DNA of 58,493 nucleotides from an uncultured Lentisphaeraceae bacterium. GTDB lineage: Bacteria; Verrucomicrobiota; Kiritimatiellia; RFP12; UBA1067. Below, in pieces: positions 45,710 to 55,100 of this stretch. The stretch covers positions 1 to 58,493 of the forward strand of contig CAYMLQ010000003.1 of NCBI GenBank assembly GCA_964390795.1. The letters run 5' to 3'. The position numbers were made by a program, and so were the translations under genes. Below the pieces are notes generated by a model. That model did not search any database and was not told where the DNA came from. It saw only the letters and a program-made list of their open reading frames with translations. Each line of letters opens with the position of its first letter. The stretch's first letter is position 1.

Positions 45710-48625
45710 TCACTTGCCTTGTTTCGCGGCAAGCGCCTTGAGCGTGGCCAGATCCTCTGCTGCAAAGCGCTCACGCTTGGCCTGATATTTTGCGAACTTC
45801 GCACGCTCTTCATCGTTCCACGCGCCTGCCTCGGCGTAATCGCCGCAGAACGGCACGCCCAGGTCAACCCACGCGGCGAGCACGGCGACCTCTTCCGGCT
45901 TGATCGTCTTGCAGTGACCATCGTCCAATTTCTTAAAGAGCGAGCTGGTGTTCGCCCCTGCGGAATAAGGCTTCTGAAGGGGCGGCGCGGAGGCGGCCGA
46001 CACCCAGTTGAGTAAAGGTTTGGTCGGGTCTCCGCGCCACCGCGACGCGTCGTCCTTGCCATCTGGGCGCGCGTGCGTCAGCGCCAGGTACGACCGCGTC
46101 CAGTTGCGCTTGGCGCCGGGATCGAGAACGCAGGCGCCGGTCAAATCCGGCTTCTTGCCGTCTTTGCCGTCGTGGCACGAGACGCAGTGCTTGTCCAGCA
46201 CCGGCTGCACCTCTTTGGCGAAGCTGAACCCGCGCCGCGGCCCGCGGATTGGCGCGAGCGTCTGCGCGCCCGCAGCCAGCGCTTTGGTCGGACGGGCCGA
46301 CGCGAGCGGCACGCTGTTCTTCGACTCGTGACAGCCGACACAGGAGGCGTTCTCGCCGGGCTGGAGCGTGGTCCAGCTCCGCATGGTTTGCACTGTGCGC
46401 CCTTTGGCGTCCAGCAGCATGAAGTAGACCGGCCGGCGTGCCTCGGTCGTGAAGAACACCGAACCGTCCTCGTGTACCGTGGCGTCGCCCACCAGAATCT
46501 TCGGATCCCACGCGCCGTTTCCTATAGAGACCGGCGTGCTGATCATCGCGCCTCCGCCCGGGCCGCCGTTGCCGTTATTGCCGATGCCCGCAGTCCGGAA
46601 GTCGAGCTCGACCACGCGCAGCGTTTTGACCGTTCCGCGCGGCACCCCCGCCATGGCCTCGCCCACATACACGTCCTGCACGTAGAACGTTCCGTCAGGC
46701 TGGCCGTAGCGAACCGCCTGCGGGCGGCGCGGCGGGCGTACGCGCGGCCGCAGCGGCACGGCGCGGCCGCAGGCGATACCCAGGCGCGACGACAGCAGCT
46801 CGCGCCGGCCGTCGATGTCCATCCAGTAGACGCCGAAGCCGGTCATGCGGTTCTCGTCGCGCTTCGCGAACCTGCGGTTCCAGCCGATCGGGTTGTAGGT
46901 GACCAGCAGTGACTTCCCATCCAGCGGATACGGATAGGCGAAGAGATCCTTCTCCTGCCCGTACGCGTCGACCACCACCGGCTTGGTCTCGCGCACCGGC
47001 GCTACTCGCGTGACGCCCTCCGCCTCCTGCCGCCCTTTCGACGGCTCGATCAGAATCAGCTCGCCCGGCTGCCGCGAGTGGTGGCCCGTGGCGATGGCGA
47101 AGATATTGCCGCTGCCCGGGATGCCGCGCGCATGGATGATCGTGGTCGGGAACCACGAGTTTTCGCCGTACACCGCGGTCTGCGCCACGCCGTCCGGCCA
47201 CATCTGGAAGAGCGGTTGCGGGTACATCTGCGAGCGGTCGTTGTACTCCCAGCGGGTGTACAGGATGCGGCCGTCCCAGGTGATCGACGGATAGTTCAAG
47301 TGCACCTGGTCGAAGGACAGACGCAACATGCTCTTCCCGTCTTTGTCACAGCGGTAGAGGTTGCTCACCTCCGTCCACCAGCAGTCCACAATCTGCATGC
47401 AGCGAGTGGAGTTGAAAAGGATGTCCCCATCCGGCAGGTAACAGCCCTCGTAATCGGCAGCGCCCAGCCCTTCTGTCAGTTGGCGGATCGCATGCGTCCC
47501 CGCGTCCATCTCATACAGGTGGTAATCGTCCTCCCGATCCGATTTCTTCCACGAGAACAGGATCTTCTTGCCGTCAAAGTCGACGTCCACATCGCGGATG
47601 ACCCCCTCCGGGCTGTCGATCAGCACGGTCTCTTTCCAGAGCCCGTCCGGCTGAGCCTCGGCCAGGCAGAGCTTCGCGCCCGCCCGGAAGTTCCGCTCGG
47701 CCTGCGCGTCGGAGAGCGCCTCCGTGTATGCGTAATGCGAGCCGCCCATCACGAAGTGACGCGCATACACCAGCTGCGGCGTCTCTGCTGTCGCGCGGGC
47801 CACGCGTTGGGCGCGGCGTGCGGCGCACACCTTGCGATAGAAGGCCAGCACCGTGGCGTCATCGCCAGCAGGCACGCGCGCCGTCTTCCACGCGCCGCCC
47901 ACCGCAGCGGACGTCTCGGCCAGCGCCTTTTCGGCGGCCTTGCGCAGGTTCGCGGAACACGTGCCGCTGGCGAACAGCTCGATGCCGTAGGGCGCGTCCA
48001 AATCCTGGCGCAGCCAGTCGGCAAGCACCTCGTCGGCGTGTTCCAGCGCGCTCCACAATGTCAGCGCCGTCGCTTTCTCCGCATCATTCAGCGGACGTCC
48101 GACAACCTTCTCAACAAACGCCACTGCTCCCGGCAGCACCTGCAGCGATGTGTCGAACGAGAGTTCCAGATCGATCCCCTGCCCGCCCGACGTCTGCCTG
48201 CAATGCGCAGCCAGCACGTTCTTGCCGCTCTTGAGCGTGGCGAGCGCGGCGGGCGCGATCGCGAAGTCGCGGTAGGCGGTGATATAGCCCTCCGCCTTGC
48301 AGGCCTCGACGCCGTTGAGGTAGACCACGACATCCTCGTCATGGATCATGCGCACGACCGGCTTGATATTCGGCGGCACGCTCACGTCAAGGATGCGGCG
48401 CAACCAGATTTCGGGCGTGGCCCACTTGGTCCGGATCTCCATGCCCGGCGCGCCCGTTCCGAAGGCCGGCGTGCCGCTCTTCCATCCCGACGCGTCAAAC
48501 TCGGGCTTGTACCACGCGTCTGCCGGCTTCTCCGTCGTATACGACCAGACATTCTCCCCCTTGCCGAACGCTGTGCCGCACACGGCCAGTACCGACAGAA
48601 TCAAGCTCATCCTGAGTCGCTTCAT
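45710..48625 (-). CDS. Secreted hydrazine-synthase-alpha (HzsA)-related protein with an N-terminal galactose-binding-like domain and two CxxCH heme motifs
   Basis: Signal peptide; WKSGTPAFG...IWLRR...HDED...LNG domain; beta-propeller motifs (YLPDGDILFNSTR, DGRILYTRWEY); the HzsA middle-domain pattern LLDAKGRTVQTMRSW..LQPGE..SCVGCHE; a second motif CVSCH. Confidence 0.8.
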   Translation of the reverse strand: MKRLRMSLILSVLAVCGTAFGKGENVWSYTTEKPADAWYKPEFDASGWKSGTPAFGTGAPGMEIRTKWATPEIWLRRILDVSVPPNIKPVVRMIHDEDVVVYLNGVEACKAEGYITAYRDFAIAPAALATLKSGKNVLAAHCRQTSGGQGIDLELSFDTSLQVLPGAVAFVEKVVGRPLNDAEKATALTLWSALEHADEVLADWLRQDLDAPYGIELFASGTCSANLRKAAEKALAETSAAVGGAWKTARVPAGDDATVLAFYRKVCAARRAQRVARATAETPQLVYARHFVMGGSHYAYTEALSDAQAERNFRAGAKLCLAEAQPDGLWKETVLIDSPEGVIRDVDVDFDGKKILFSWKKSDREDDYHLYEMDAGTHAIRQLTEGLGAADYEGCYLPDGDILFNSTRCMQIVDCWWTEVSNLYRCDKDGKSMLRLSFDQVHLNYPSITWDGRILYTRWEYNDRSQMYPQPLFQMWPDGVAQTAVYGENSWFPTTIIHARGIPGSGNIFAIATGHHSRQPGELILIEPSKGRQEAEGVTRVAPVRETKPVVVDAYGQEKDLFAYPYPLDGKSLLVTYNPIGWNRRFAKRDENRMTGFGVYWMDIDGRRELLSSRLGIACGRAVPLRPRVRPPRRPQAVRYGQPDGTFYVQDVYVGEAMAGVPRGTVKTLRVVELDFRTAGIGNNGNGGPGGGAMISTPVSIGNGAWDPKILVGDATVHEDGSVFFTTEARRPVYFMLLDAKGRTVQTMRSWTTLQPGENASCVGCHESKNSVPLASARPTKALAAGAQTLAPIRGPRRGFSFAKEVQPVLDKHCVSCHDGKDGKKPDLTGACVLDPGAKRNWTRSYLALTHARPDGKDDASRWRGDPTKPLLNWVSAASAPPLQKPYSAGANTSSLFKKLDDGHCKTIKPEEVAVLAAWVDLGVPFCGDYAEAGAWNDEERAKFAKYQAKRERFAAEDLATLKALAAKQGK

Positions 48626-48642
48626 GCATCCCCTCCCCCAAA

Positions 48643-49581
48643 TTAACTCTTCCTCAGCTCCGCCAGCAGATTGTCCACCGCCATCTCTACGGAACGGTCC
48701 ACGCTCTCGGAGGTAAACGAGCCGATGTGGGCCGACGCGATCACCTGGCTGGTGCGTGCCAGCGGGTCGTCGGCCGCAGGCGGCTCGGTCTTGAACACGT
48801 CGGTCGCCAGCCCGGCCACCTGGCCGCTGGCCAGCGCGGCCGCCATCGCAACGGGGTCGATCAGCTCCGCGCGGGCCGTATTGATCACGTACACGCCGCG
48901 TCTCATCCGAGCGATCGCGGCGGCATCGAGCAGCGGCTTGCCGTCAGGCAGGGGCGGGCAGTGCAGCGTCACGATGTCGCTCGCCGTCAGCACCTCCTCG
49001 CACGTCGCGTAGCGGAACGCGGGGGACGGCGCGAAGTCCGCGCAGGGATAGAGGTCAAAGGCCAGCACGCGCATCTCCAGCGCGGTGGCGAAGGTCGCCA
49101 CCAGGCGACCGATCGCGCCGCAGCCGACGATGCCCAGCGTCTTGCCAGCCAGCTCGAAGCCCTTGCGCCGCTCCCAGCCGCCCGCCTTGATCGACGCGTC
49201 TGTATAGGTGATCCAGCGCGCGAGGGCGAACAGGTGCGCCAGCGTCAGCTCGGCCACGCCGCGGGAGTTCGCGCCGGGCGTCTTGCAGACCGCGATGCCG
49301 CGCGCCGCCGCAGCCGCGAGATCCACGTTGTTCACGCCCACGCCGTTGCGGCTGATCACCCGCAGCTCCGGCGCCGCCGCCAGAATGCCCGCATCAACCG
49401 TCTCGACGCCCGCCAGATAGCCGACACAGCCCGGCAGCAGCGCGAGCAGCTCCTCGCGCGTCGGCTGCTTGCCGCGCGTCGGGAAGACCACCTCGAAGCC
49501 CGCGTCCGTGAGCCGCTGTAACGCGGGATGCCCGTCGGACGAGACCGAACGCGGCGTCACCAAGATCCTGTTGCTCTTCAT
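48643..49581 (-). CDS. D-2-hydroxyacid dehydrogenase (phosphoglycerate dehydrogenase-like, no ACT domain)
   Basis: ISRNGVGVNNVD, GIVGCGAIG, INTAR, DVFKTEP and AHIG. ATGA overlap with the upstream gene. Confidence 0.88.
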   Translation of the reverse strand: MKSNRILVTPRSVSSDGHPALQRLTDAGFEVVFPTRGKQPTREELLALLPGCVGYLAGVETVDAGILAAAPELRVISRNGVGVNNVDLAAAAARGIAVCKTPGANSRGVAELTLAHLFALARWITYTDASIKAGGWERRKGFELAGKTLGIVGCGAIGRLVATFATALEMRVLAFDLYPCADFAPSPAFRYATCEEVLTASDIVTLHCPPLPDGKPLLDAAAIARMRRGVYVINTARAELIDPVAMAAALASGQVAGLATDVFKTEPPAADDPLARTSQVIASAHIGSFTSESVDRSVEMAVDNLLAELRKS

Positions 49582-50174
49582 ACGACGATCACCGCCTTCC
49601 CCTGACACTCCACGATACGCTTCGGGAACCCCTCGACCTCGATGTCCCCGTAATTGTGCCCCGCGTCGGCCGGGTAGACGCAGAACGAAATGAGCGGTTC
49701 GCAGCCGGTGTTGACCGAGCGGTGCGCCCAGTGCGGCGGCACGTAAACCATGCGGTTCCGGTACATGGTCTCGGCCTCGCAAAAGCCCGCCGCAGTCTTC
49801 ATCAGCATGTACCCCTGGCCGCGCAGGCAGAGATAGGTCTCGGCGGTGCCGCTGACCGTATGGTAGTGCCCCTTAGTGAAGAAATACTCGTCGCCGACCT
49901 TGCCCGGATAGAGCTTGCTGATACAGAGCAACAGATGCCCGTACGCCTCCGGAATCACCTTCTCAAATACTTCGTAGTGTACCGGATCGCCGTCGCGGAT
50001 CAGCGCGTCCAGCGCGGCCGCGTCTCGGTAATACCCTTTCATCGCCGACGCGCGGCGCGCCAAGACGCGGTCCGGCTCCGCCATCGTGCCTTCGACCAGA
50101 TCGATATCGATGCCCCAAGGCATCATCAGTTCCTGGGGCTGACCGCCCCCTGCCGTTGCTGCCACCGTCATCAC
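49578..50174 (-). CDS. Cupin-type (archaeal-like) glucose-6-phosphate isomerase family protein
   Basis: PGKVGDEYFFTKGHYH, ETYLCLRGQG, VYVPPHWAHRSVNTG and YPADAGHNY, which match cupin PGIs. Confidence 0.88.
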   Translation of the reverse strand: MMTVAATAGGGQPQELMMPWGIDIDLVEGTMAEPDRVLARRASAMKGYYRDAAALDALIRDGDPVHYEVFEKVIPEAYGHLLLCISKLYPGKVGDEYFFTKGHYHTVSGTAETYLCLRGQGYMLMKTAAGFCEAETMYRNRMVYVPPHWAHRSVNTGCEPLISFCVYPADAGHNYGDIEVEGFPKRIVECQGKAVIVV

Positions 50175-51160
50175 CGTGCCTCCTTCGCAAGTCGTGATAG
50201 CGTTTCAAAAACCGGACCGCTCGTCGGGATGTCCGCATGGAACACCTCGGCGATCACGCGGGTCCACCCGTGGATAAAATAGATCCAGCCGTCCTCGACC
50301 GTCAGGCCGCGCGCGACCTTCTGCGCGTTCGCCTGGTGCAAAAACTCCAGACTGCCGCGATAATTAAATTCCCATGCTAACCCAGACTCAGGGAAAACGC
50401 AACGGTCGGTAAGCGGCGAGCCCGGCGCATCCTTGCCCAGCCCAGTCGCGTTCATCACCAGCGAGTGGGGCTTGAGCGCCGCCATGAGCGCATCGTTCGT
50501 CTCCGCCTGCGGCGCCAGCACGTACTCCACCGGCACGCGGCAGCCCATCTTGTGGTGAATCTCGCGGATCTCATCGAGGCGGCCCTGGCTGCGGTTCGAG
50601 ACCACGATGCGTGAAGGTACGTTGGCGCCGCGCGCGGCCTCCATCAGGTAGCAGGTGATGGCGATCGACGAGCCTCCCGCGCCGATAGAGAAGACTTCCG
50701 CGCCGGTCTTCAGCCAGTGGTCTGCAGGCAGGAAAGCCTCCAGCGCAAGCCCGCTCGTGATCGGGTCTTTGGCGTGTCCGCAGAGCAGCCCGTCGCGCTT
50801 GGAGATGCTGCTGATCTCCCCCATCAGTTCCGCATAGGGATCCAAATAGCCGAACAGGTCACGGCAGGCTTTGAGCAGGTCCAGCTTGTGCGTGGTCACC
50901 AGCGCGCCCAGCGAGAGCGGGTCGCTCTGGATAAACGTCACGATGTTGCGGTACACGGCCGGGTCATCGTGCCACTTGCAGTCGATCCCCTGGATCGCGA
51001 CGTCGCCGAATCCCAGATACTCCGCCCACTTGGGAAAGACCTTCATGATCGACGATTGCCCGGTGGTCATGCCGATGAAATAGATCGTCGGCTTGACCGC
51101 CTGCGGAAACGCCGTGGTTGCCGTCGCTTGAAGTGCCTGCGCCATACCCTGTTTCTCCAC
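50171..51160 (-). CDS. Shikimate-dehydrogenase-like (AroE fold) NAD(P) oxidoreductase, substrate unknown
   Basis: GALVTTHK, IGAGGS, VSNRS, NATGLG, WEFNY and VEDGW. The layout is AroE-like but the substrate motifs differ. The start is 51160 (GTG) or 51145 (ATG). Confidence 0.75.
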   Translation of the reverse strand: MEKQGMAQALQATATTAFPQAVKPTIYFIGMTTGQSSIMKVFPKWAEYLGFGDVAIQGIDCKWHDDPAVYRNIVTFIQSDPLSLGALVTTHKLDLLKACRDLFGYLDPYAELMGEISSISKRDGLLCGHAKDPITSGLALEAFLPADHWLKTGAEVFSIGAGGSSIAITCYLMEAARGANVPSRIVVSNRSQGRLDEIREIHHKMGCRVPVEYVLAPQAETNDALMAALKPHSLVMNATGLGKDAPGSPLTDRCVFPESGLAWEFNYRGSLEFLHQANAQKVARGLTVEDGWIYFIHGWTRVIAEVFHADIPTSGPVFETLSRLAKEAR

Positions 51161-51195
51161 CTGTTCCGCGTGCTGTTACACCTGAAAAGGCTGGT

Positions 51196-51224
51196 ATCAT
51201 ACAAATGTCCGTACAATCTGTCAA
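51196..51224 (-). promoter_or_regulatory. Sigma-70-type promoter of the aroE-like operon
   Basis: Minus strand TTGACA (51224-51219), 17-bp spacer, TATGAT (51201-51196). Confidence 0.72.
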
Positions 51225-51353
51225 TCGACAAAAATCACGAGAAGTCTCAAGAATAGCGTTTTGTTTCCACATGCAAGAACGATAGGTTTGTACCTGGTGA
51301 TGACCATCGGCAACTGGGTCAACAACGGCCAACCTTGGGCGACCGCCGGGTTG

Positions 51354-51482
51354 AGCGGCAAATCCTTGAACGTGAACGGCGCGTAAAAAAGAGATAACGC
51401 GAATATCCAGATCTGGACTTACAGCGGAGGCCGGCCCGAAGAGACGTGGATCATTACGCCGACCGATAGCGGCTTCTCTCGG
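51354..51482 (+). pseudogene. Ricin-B lectin (beta-trefoil) gene fragment
   Basis: Translates as SGKSLNVNGA*KRDNANIQIWTYSGGRPEETWIITPTDSGFSR, with a QxW motif and an in-frame TAA at 51384-51386. Confidence 0.6.
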
Positions 51483-51786
51483 GTGCCGGCCCGGTTCGAC
51501 GGCGGCTTTGAATTCGGGTCATACCCTCACCAATAGCGTGAGCGACGCACGCGTGGCTGCACTCGCACGCTATGGAAACAACGGGGGCCTCGCGGGCACT
51601 AACAACCCGGGCGGGGACAGCTCGGTCGGCCCCTGAAAGTAAGGCCGTGTGCAAGTATATCAAGGGCGATCGCCTGCTTGAGGCTATTTTCGGAGTGGCA
51701 CGCCAGCCGTATAGCCACCGTGTTAATGCTCGATTGACAGCGGGCACGATCAATATTTTGCCCGTCCCTACAATTGAGGCTTGTCC

Positions 51787-52095
51787 CAAGGCAAGCGCAT
51801 CTTAATTTTCAGGTCTGAGATTACGGGCTGGGGCGGTCACTCCCGAGGCATCCGCGGGCGCCTGCGCGACAGGGTCGGGTGTCAGCGAGTCGGGTACGCC
51901 CCGAGAGAGGCGTCCGGGGCGTGGACAGGCGCAAAGCGGCGGCGGGTGGCGTGCGTCCGTGCCCGGCTAAAACGAGGAGAGCAGCTCGACGAGGAAGCTT
52001 CGTCTGAGCTCGGCGCGCATGCGCTTGCTGCGCAAGCTGCCTTTCGCCTTGCTGGAGCGCAGGATGTTGAGGCAGATCTTGCGCAGCGCGCCGAG
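51787..52095 (-). mobile_element. ISAs1-family insertion sequence remnant (transposase C-terminus and one terminal inverted repeat)
   Basis: 52095-51967 encodes LGALRKICLNILRSSKAKGSLRSKRMRAELRRSFLVELLSSF*, an ISAs1 C-terminal pattern. CAAGGCAAGCGCATC at 51787 resembles ISAs1 ends. Confidence 0.7.
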
Positions 52096-52198
52096 TGACA
52101 GTACACCGTTGCGTCGTTGGGATTATTGTGGTATTACACATGACGGACGAGTTCATCGAGCGAAGGTTCCGTCCTGCCAGCATAAAGGAGAGCCTCAC

Positions 52199-55100
52199 AT
52201 GTTCATACCTGCTTGCGAACAGCGCTTAGCGCGTTTCCTAATCATCACTATGCTCTCGTATGCCGGCTGGCTGCCGGTGGGAGCCCAGAGCCCGGCTGCA
52301 GACAGTTTCGACCCGGGACCCAACGGTTCAGTTTATGCGCTGGCCGTGCAGCCTGACGGCCGCATGCTGGTTGGCGGAAATTTCACTTGGGCAGGCGGCA
52401 CCACGCGCGGCCGGGTGGCGCGCTTCGACCCCGATGGCGAACTGGACAGCAGCTTCAGCGCGGATGTCAATGGTGGGTACGCGTCGGTGCTCGCCGTGGC
52501 TGTGCAAGCCGACGGCGGCACTCTGGTGGGCGGCACGTTCACCTCGCTGGGCGGTGCAAGCCACATCAACCTGGGGCGCGTTGCGGCAAACGGGATCGTG
52601 GACGACAGCTTCACTGCAAACGTGAACGGACAGGTGAGCGCTTTGGCCGTGCAGGCCGATGGAAAGATCCTGGTGGGCGGCGGGTTCAGCACGCTCGGAG
52701 GCGAGGCGCACAACAATCTGGGGCGGCTGAACTCGGACGGAACCGTTGACTCCGCCTTCAACCCGTACGTGAGTGGAGGGACGGTTGACACGCTGGCGGT
52801 ACAGCCCGACGGGAAAATTCTGGTAGGCGGCTGGTTCTCGGTGCTGGGCGATTCAGGCCACAGCTATCTGGGACGGCTGAACGCTGACGGGTCGCTGGAC
52901 GCCGGATTCACGGCCTACGCCAATTATGCGGTTGAGTCGCTCGCCGTTCAGGCGGACGGGAAAATTCTGGTGGGCGGCAGGTTCAATGCGCTGGGCGGAG
53001 CGACGCGGAACAACCTGGGCCGGCTGGAGAGCGATGGCACGCTGGATTCCAGTTTCAATCCTGCTCCCAACGGTATCGTTTACTCTCTGGCCCTGCAGGC
53101 GGACGGCAGGATCGTCGCGGGCGGCATGTTTTCATCGCTGGGCGGCCAATCGTGTCCTCGCGTCGGACGCCTGGACGCCAACGGGGTGCTGGATGTCACC
53201 TTCACTGCGGGTGTGGACGTGTACGACTACGCGCTGGCCTTGCAGTCGGACGGCAAGCTGCTGGTCGGCGGAGCGTTCAACCTGCTGGGCGGCCTGTCGC
53301 GCATGAACCTGGGGCGGTTGGAGAGCGCGGGGGCGGCCACAAACGTGCTGAGCGCCGACGCCACATCCATCACCTGGGAGCGAGGCGGCACCGCTCCGGA
53401 GGTCTGGCGTACCACGTTTGAAAGCTCAACCAACGGAACCGAGTGGACGCTGCTGGGCGCAGGCGCACGCGTTCCAGGCGGCTGGCACTTGGACGGACTG
53501 ACCGGTCTGGGCCTCATCCGTGCGCGAGGTTACACGACCGGTGGCATGTACAACAGCTCGGGCGGCATCGTGGAGAGCCTGATTGGACGGCCGGTCATCA
53601 CCCTCCATCCCGCCAGCAGCTCACGTGACGCGGGCGCGGCGGCTGAATTCACCGTGGAGGCTGTTGGCTCGCAACCCTTCAGCTACCAGTGGCGGTTCGG
53701 AGGTGAGAACCTGACCGACGCCGACGGCATAGACGGTGCGACTACTTCGACGCTGAGCGTGACTGGCGTTTGGGGAGCGCAAGCCGGCGGATACGCTGTT
53801 ATCGTCAGCAATGCCTGGGGCTGCGTGACCAGTCTGGTGGCCACGTTGACAGTGGCCGACCCGTACATAGACAGCGACCCGCAAAGTCGGATCGGCCAAA
53901 AGGACGGAGCCTGCACGTTCAGCGTGTCGGCAGTGGGGACGGCGCTGAGTTACCTGTGGCGCAAGGACGGGGTGATCCTGGAGGGGGCGACCGACGCCGC
54001 GCTGACCCTGAACAGCGTTCAAGCTGATGACGCGGGCACCTACGACGTGATCGTCTCCGGCACGTATGGCAGCGTAACCAGCGCCGTGGCCGTGCTTACA
54101 GTCAACCTCGCGGTCCGTGATCCGGCCCTCAGCCCCTTCAACAGCGGCCACGTGAATGCCTTGGCCATGCAGCCAGACGGCAAGCTCTTGATCGGCGGTT
54201 CGTGGCTGTGGCCGTTGGATGGCGCCCAGAATGGTAGCGCTCGGAGCCTCGTACGGCTCAACGCGTCCGGCATGTTGGACACCGGTTTTAGCCCGGTCCT
54301 GGATAGCATGTCCGCCGTATATGCTCTCGCGGTGCAGCCGGACGGCAAGATTCTGCTTGGCGGCTGGTTCTCGACCGTCGACGGCTCTCCTCGCCAAAAC
54401 ATCGCGAGGCTCAACGCGGACGGCACACTGGATCACGATTTTGCACCTGACTCAGACGGATCAGTCTATGCGCTGGCCGTGCTGGCTGACGGCGGAATCC
54501 TTGTCGGCGGCGCTTTCGGATCGCTCGGAGGCGCCTCGTGCGCGAATGTGGGCAAGCTCGATGCGTTCGGAGTTACGGATACCGCCTTCGTCGGCAGCGC
54601 GGACAGCGTGGTTCAGACGCTGGCGGTGCAGACGGACGGCAAGATCCTCTTGGGCGGTGCCTTCAACACTCTAGACAGCCAAAGCCGCGCCTGCCTGGGC
54701 CGCCTGAATGCGGACGGCTCGCTCGACGCAGGGTTCGCGCCGAACGCAAGTTCAACCGTCTATTCGAGCGTGGTTGCGGCACTCGCTGTGCAGGCGGATG
54801 GCCGCATCCTGGTCGGAGGCACGTTCAACACTCTGGACGGTGTGAGCCGCAGCTATCTGGGGCGGCTCGACGCTTCTGGCACCGTGGACCCTGCCTTCGC
54901 TCCGGAGCCGGATGGCGACATCCGTTCGCTGGTGCTACAGGCGAACGGCGGAATTCTGATAGGCGGAAATTTCACGTTGATCGGCGGCGCAGCGCACGCG
55001 GGCCTGGCGCGGCTCGACGCGGACGGCAATCCGGATGCCTTCTTCAACCCGAGCGTGCCCTCCGGCCTTCAGGCGCTCGCGGTTCAGTCCGACGGCGACA

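Noticed and set aside
45710-48625. Anammox (hydrazine synthesis) capability
   Set aside because: Only an alpha-subunit-like homologue is present, with no hzsB, hzsC or hydrazine dehydrogenase, and the context is carbohydrate metabolism.
47078-48646. 522-aa plus-strand ORF
   Set aside because: It is antisense to the HzsA-like gene and has a non-protein-like composition.
52019-52198. Upstream extension of the Delta-60 ORF
   Set aside because: It overlaps the ISAs1 remnant. The RBS and signal peptide support the ATG at 52199.
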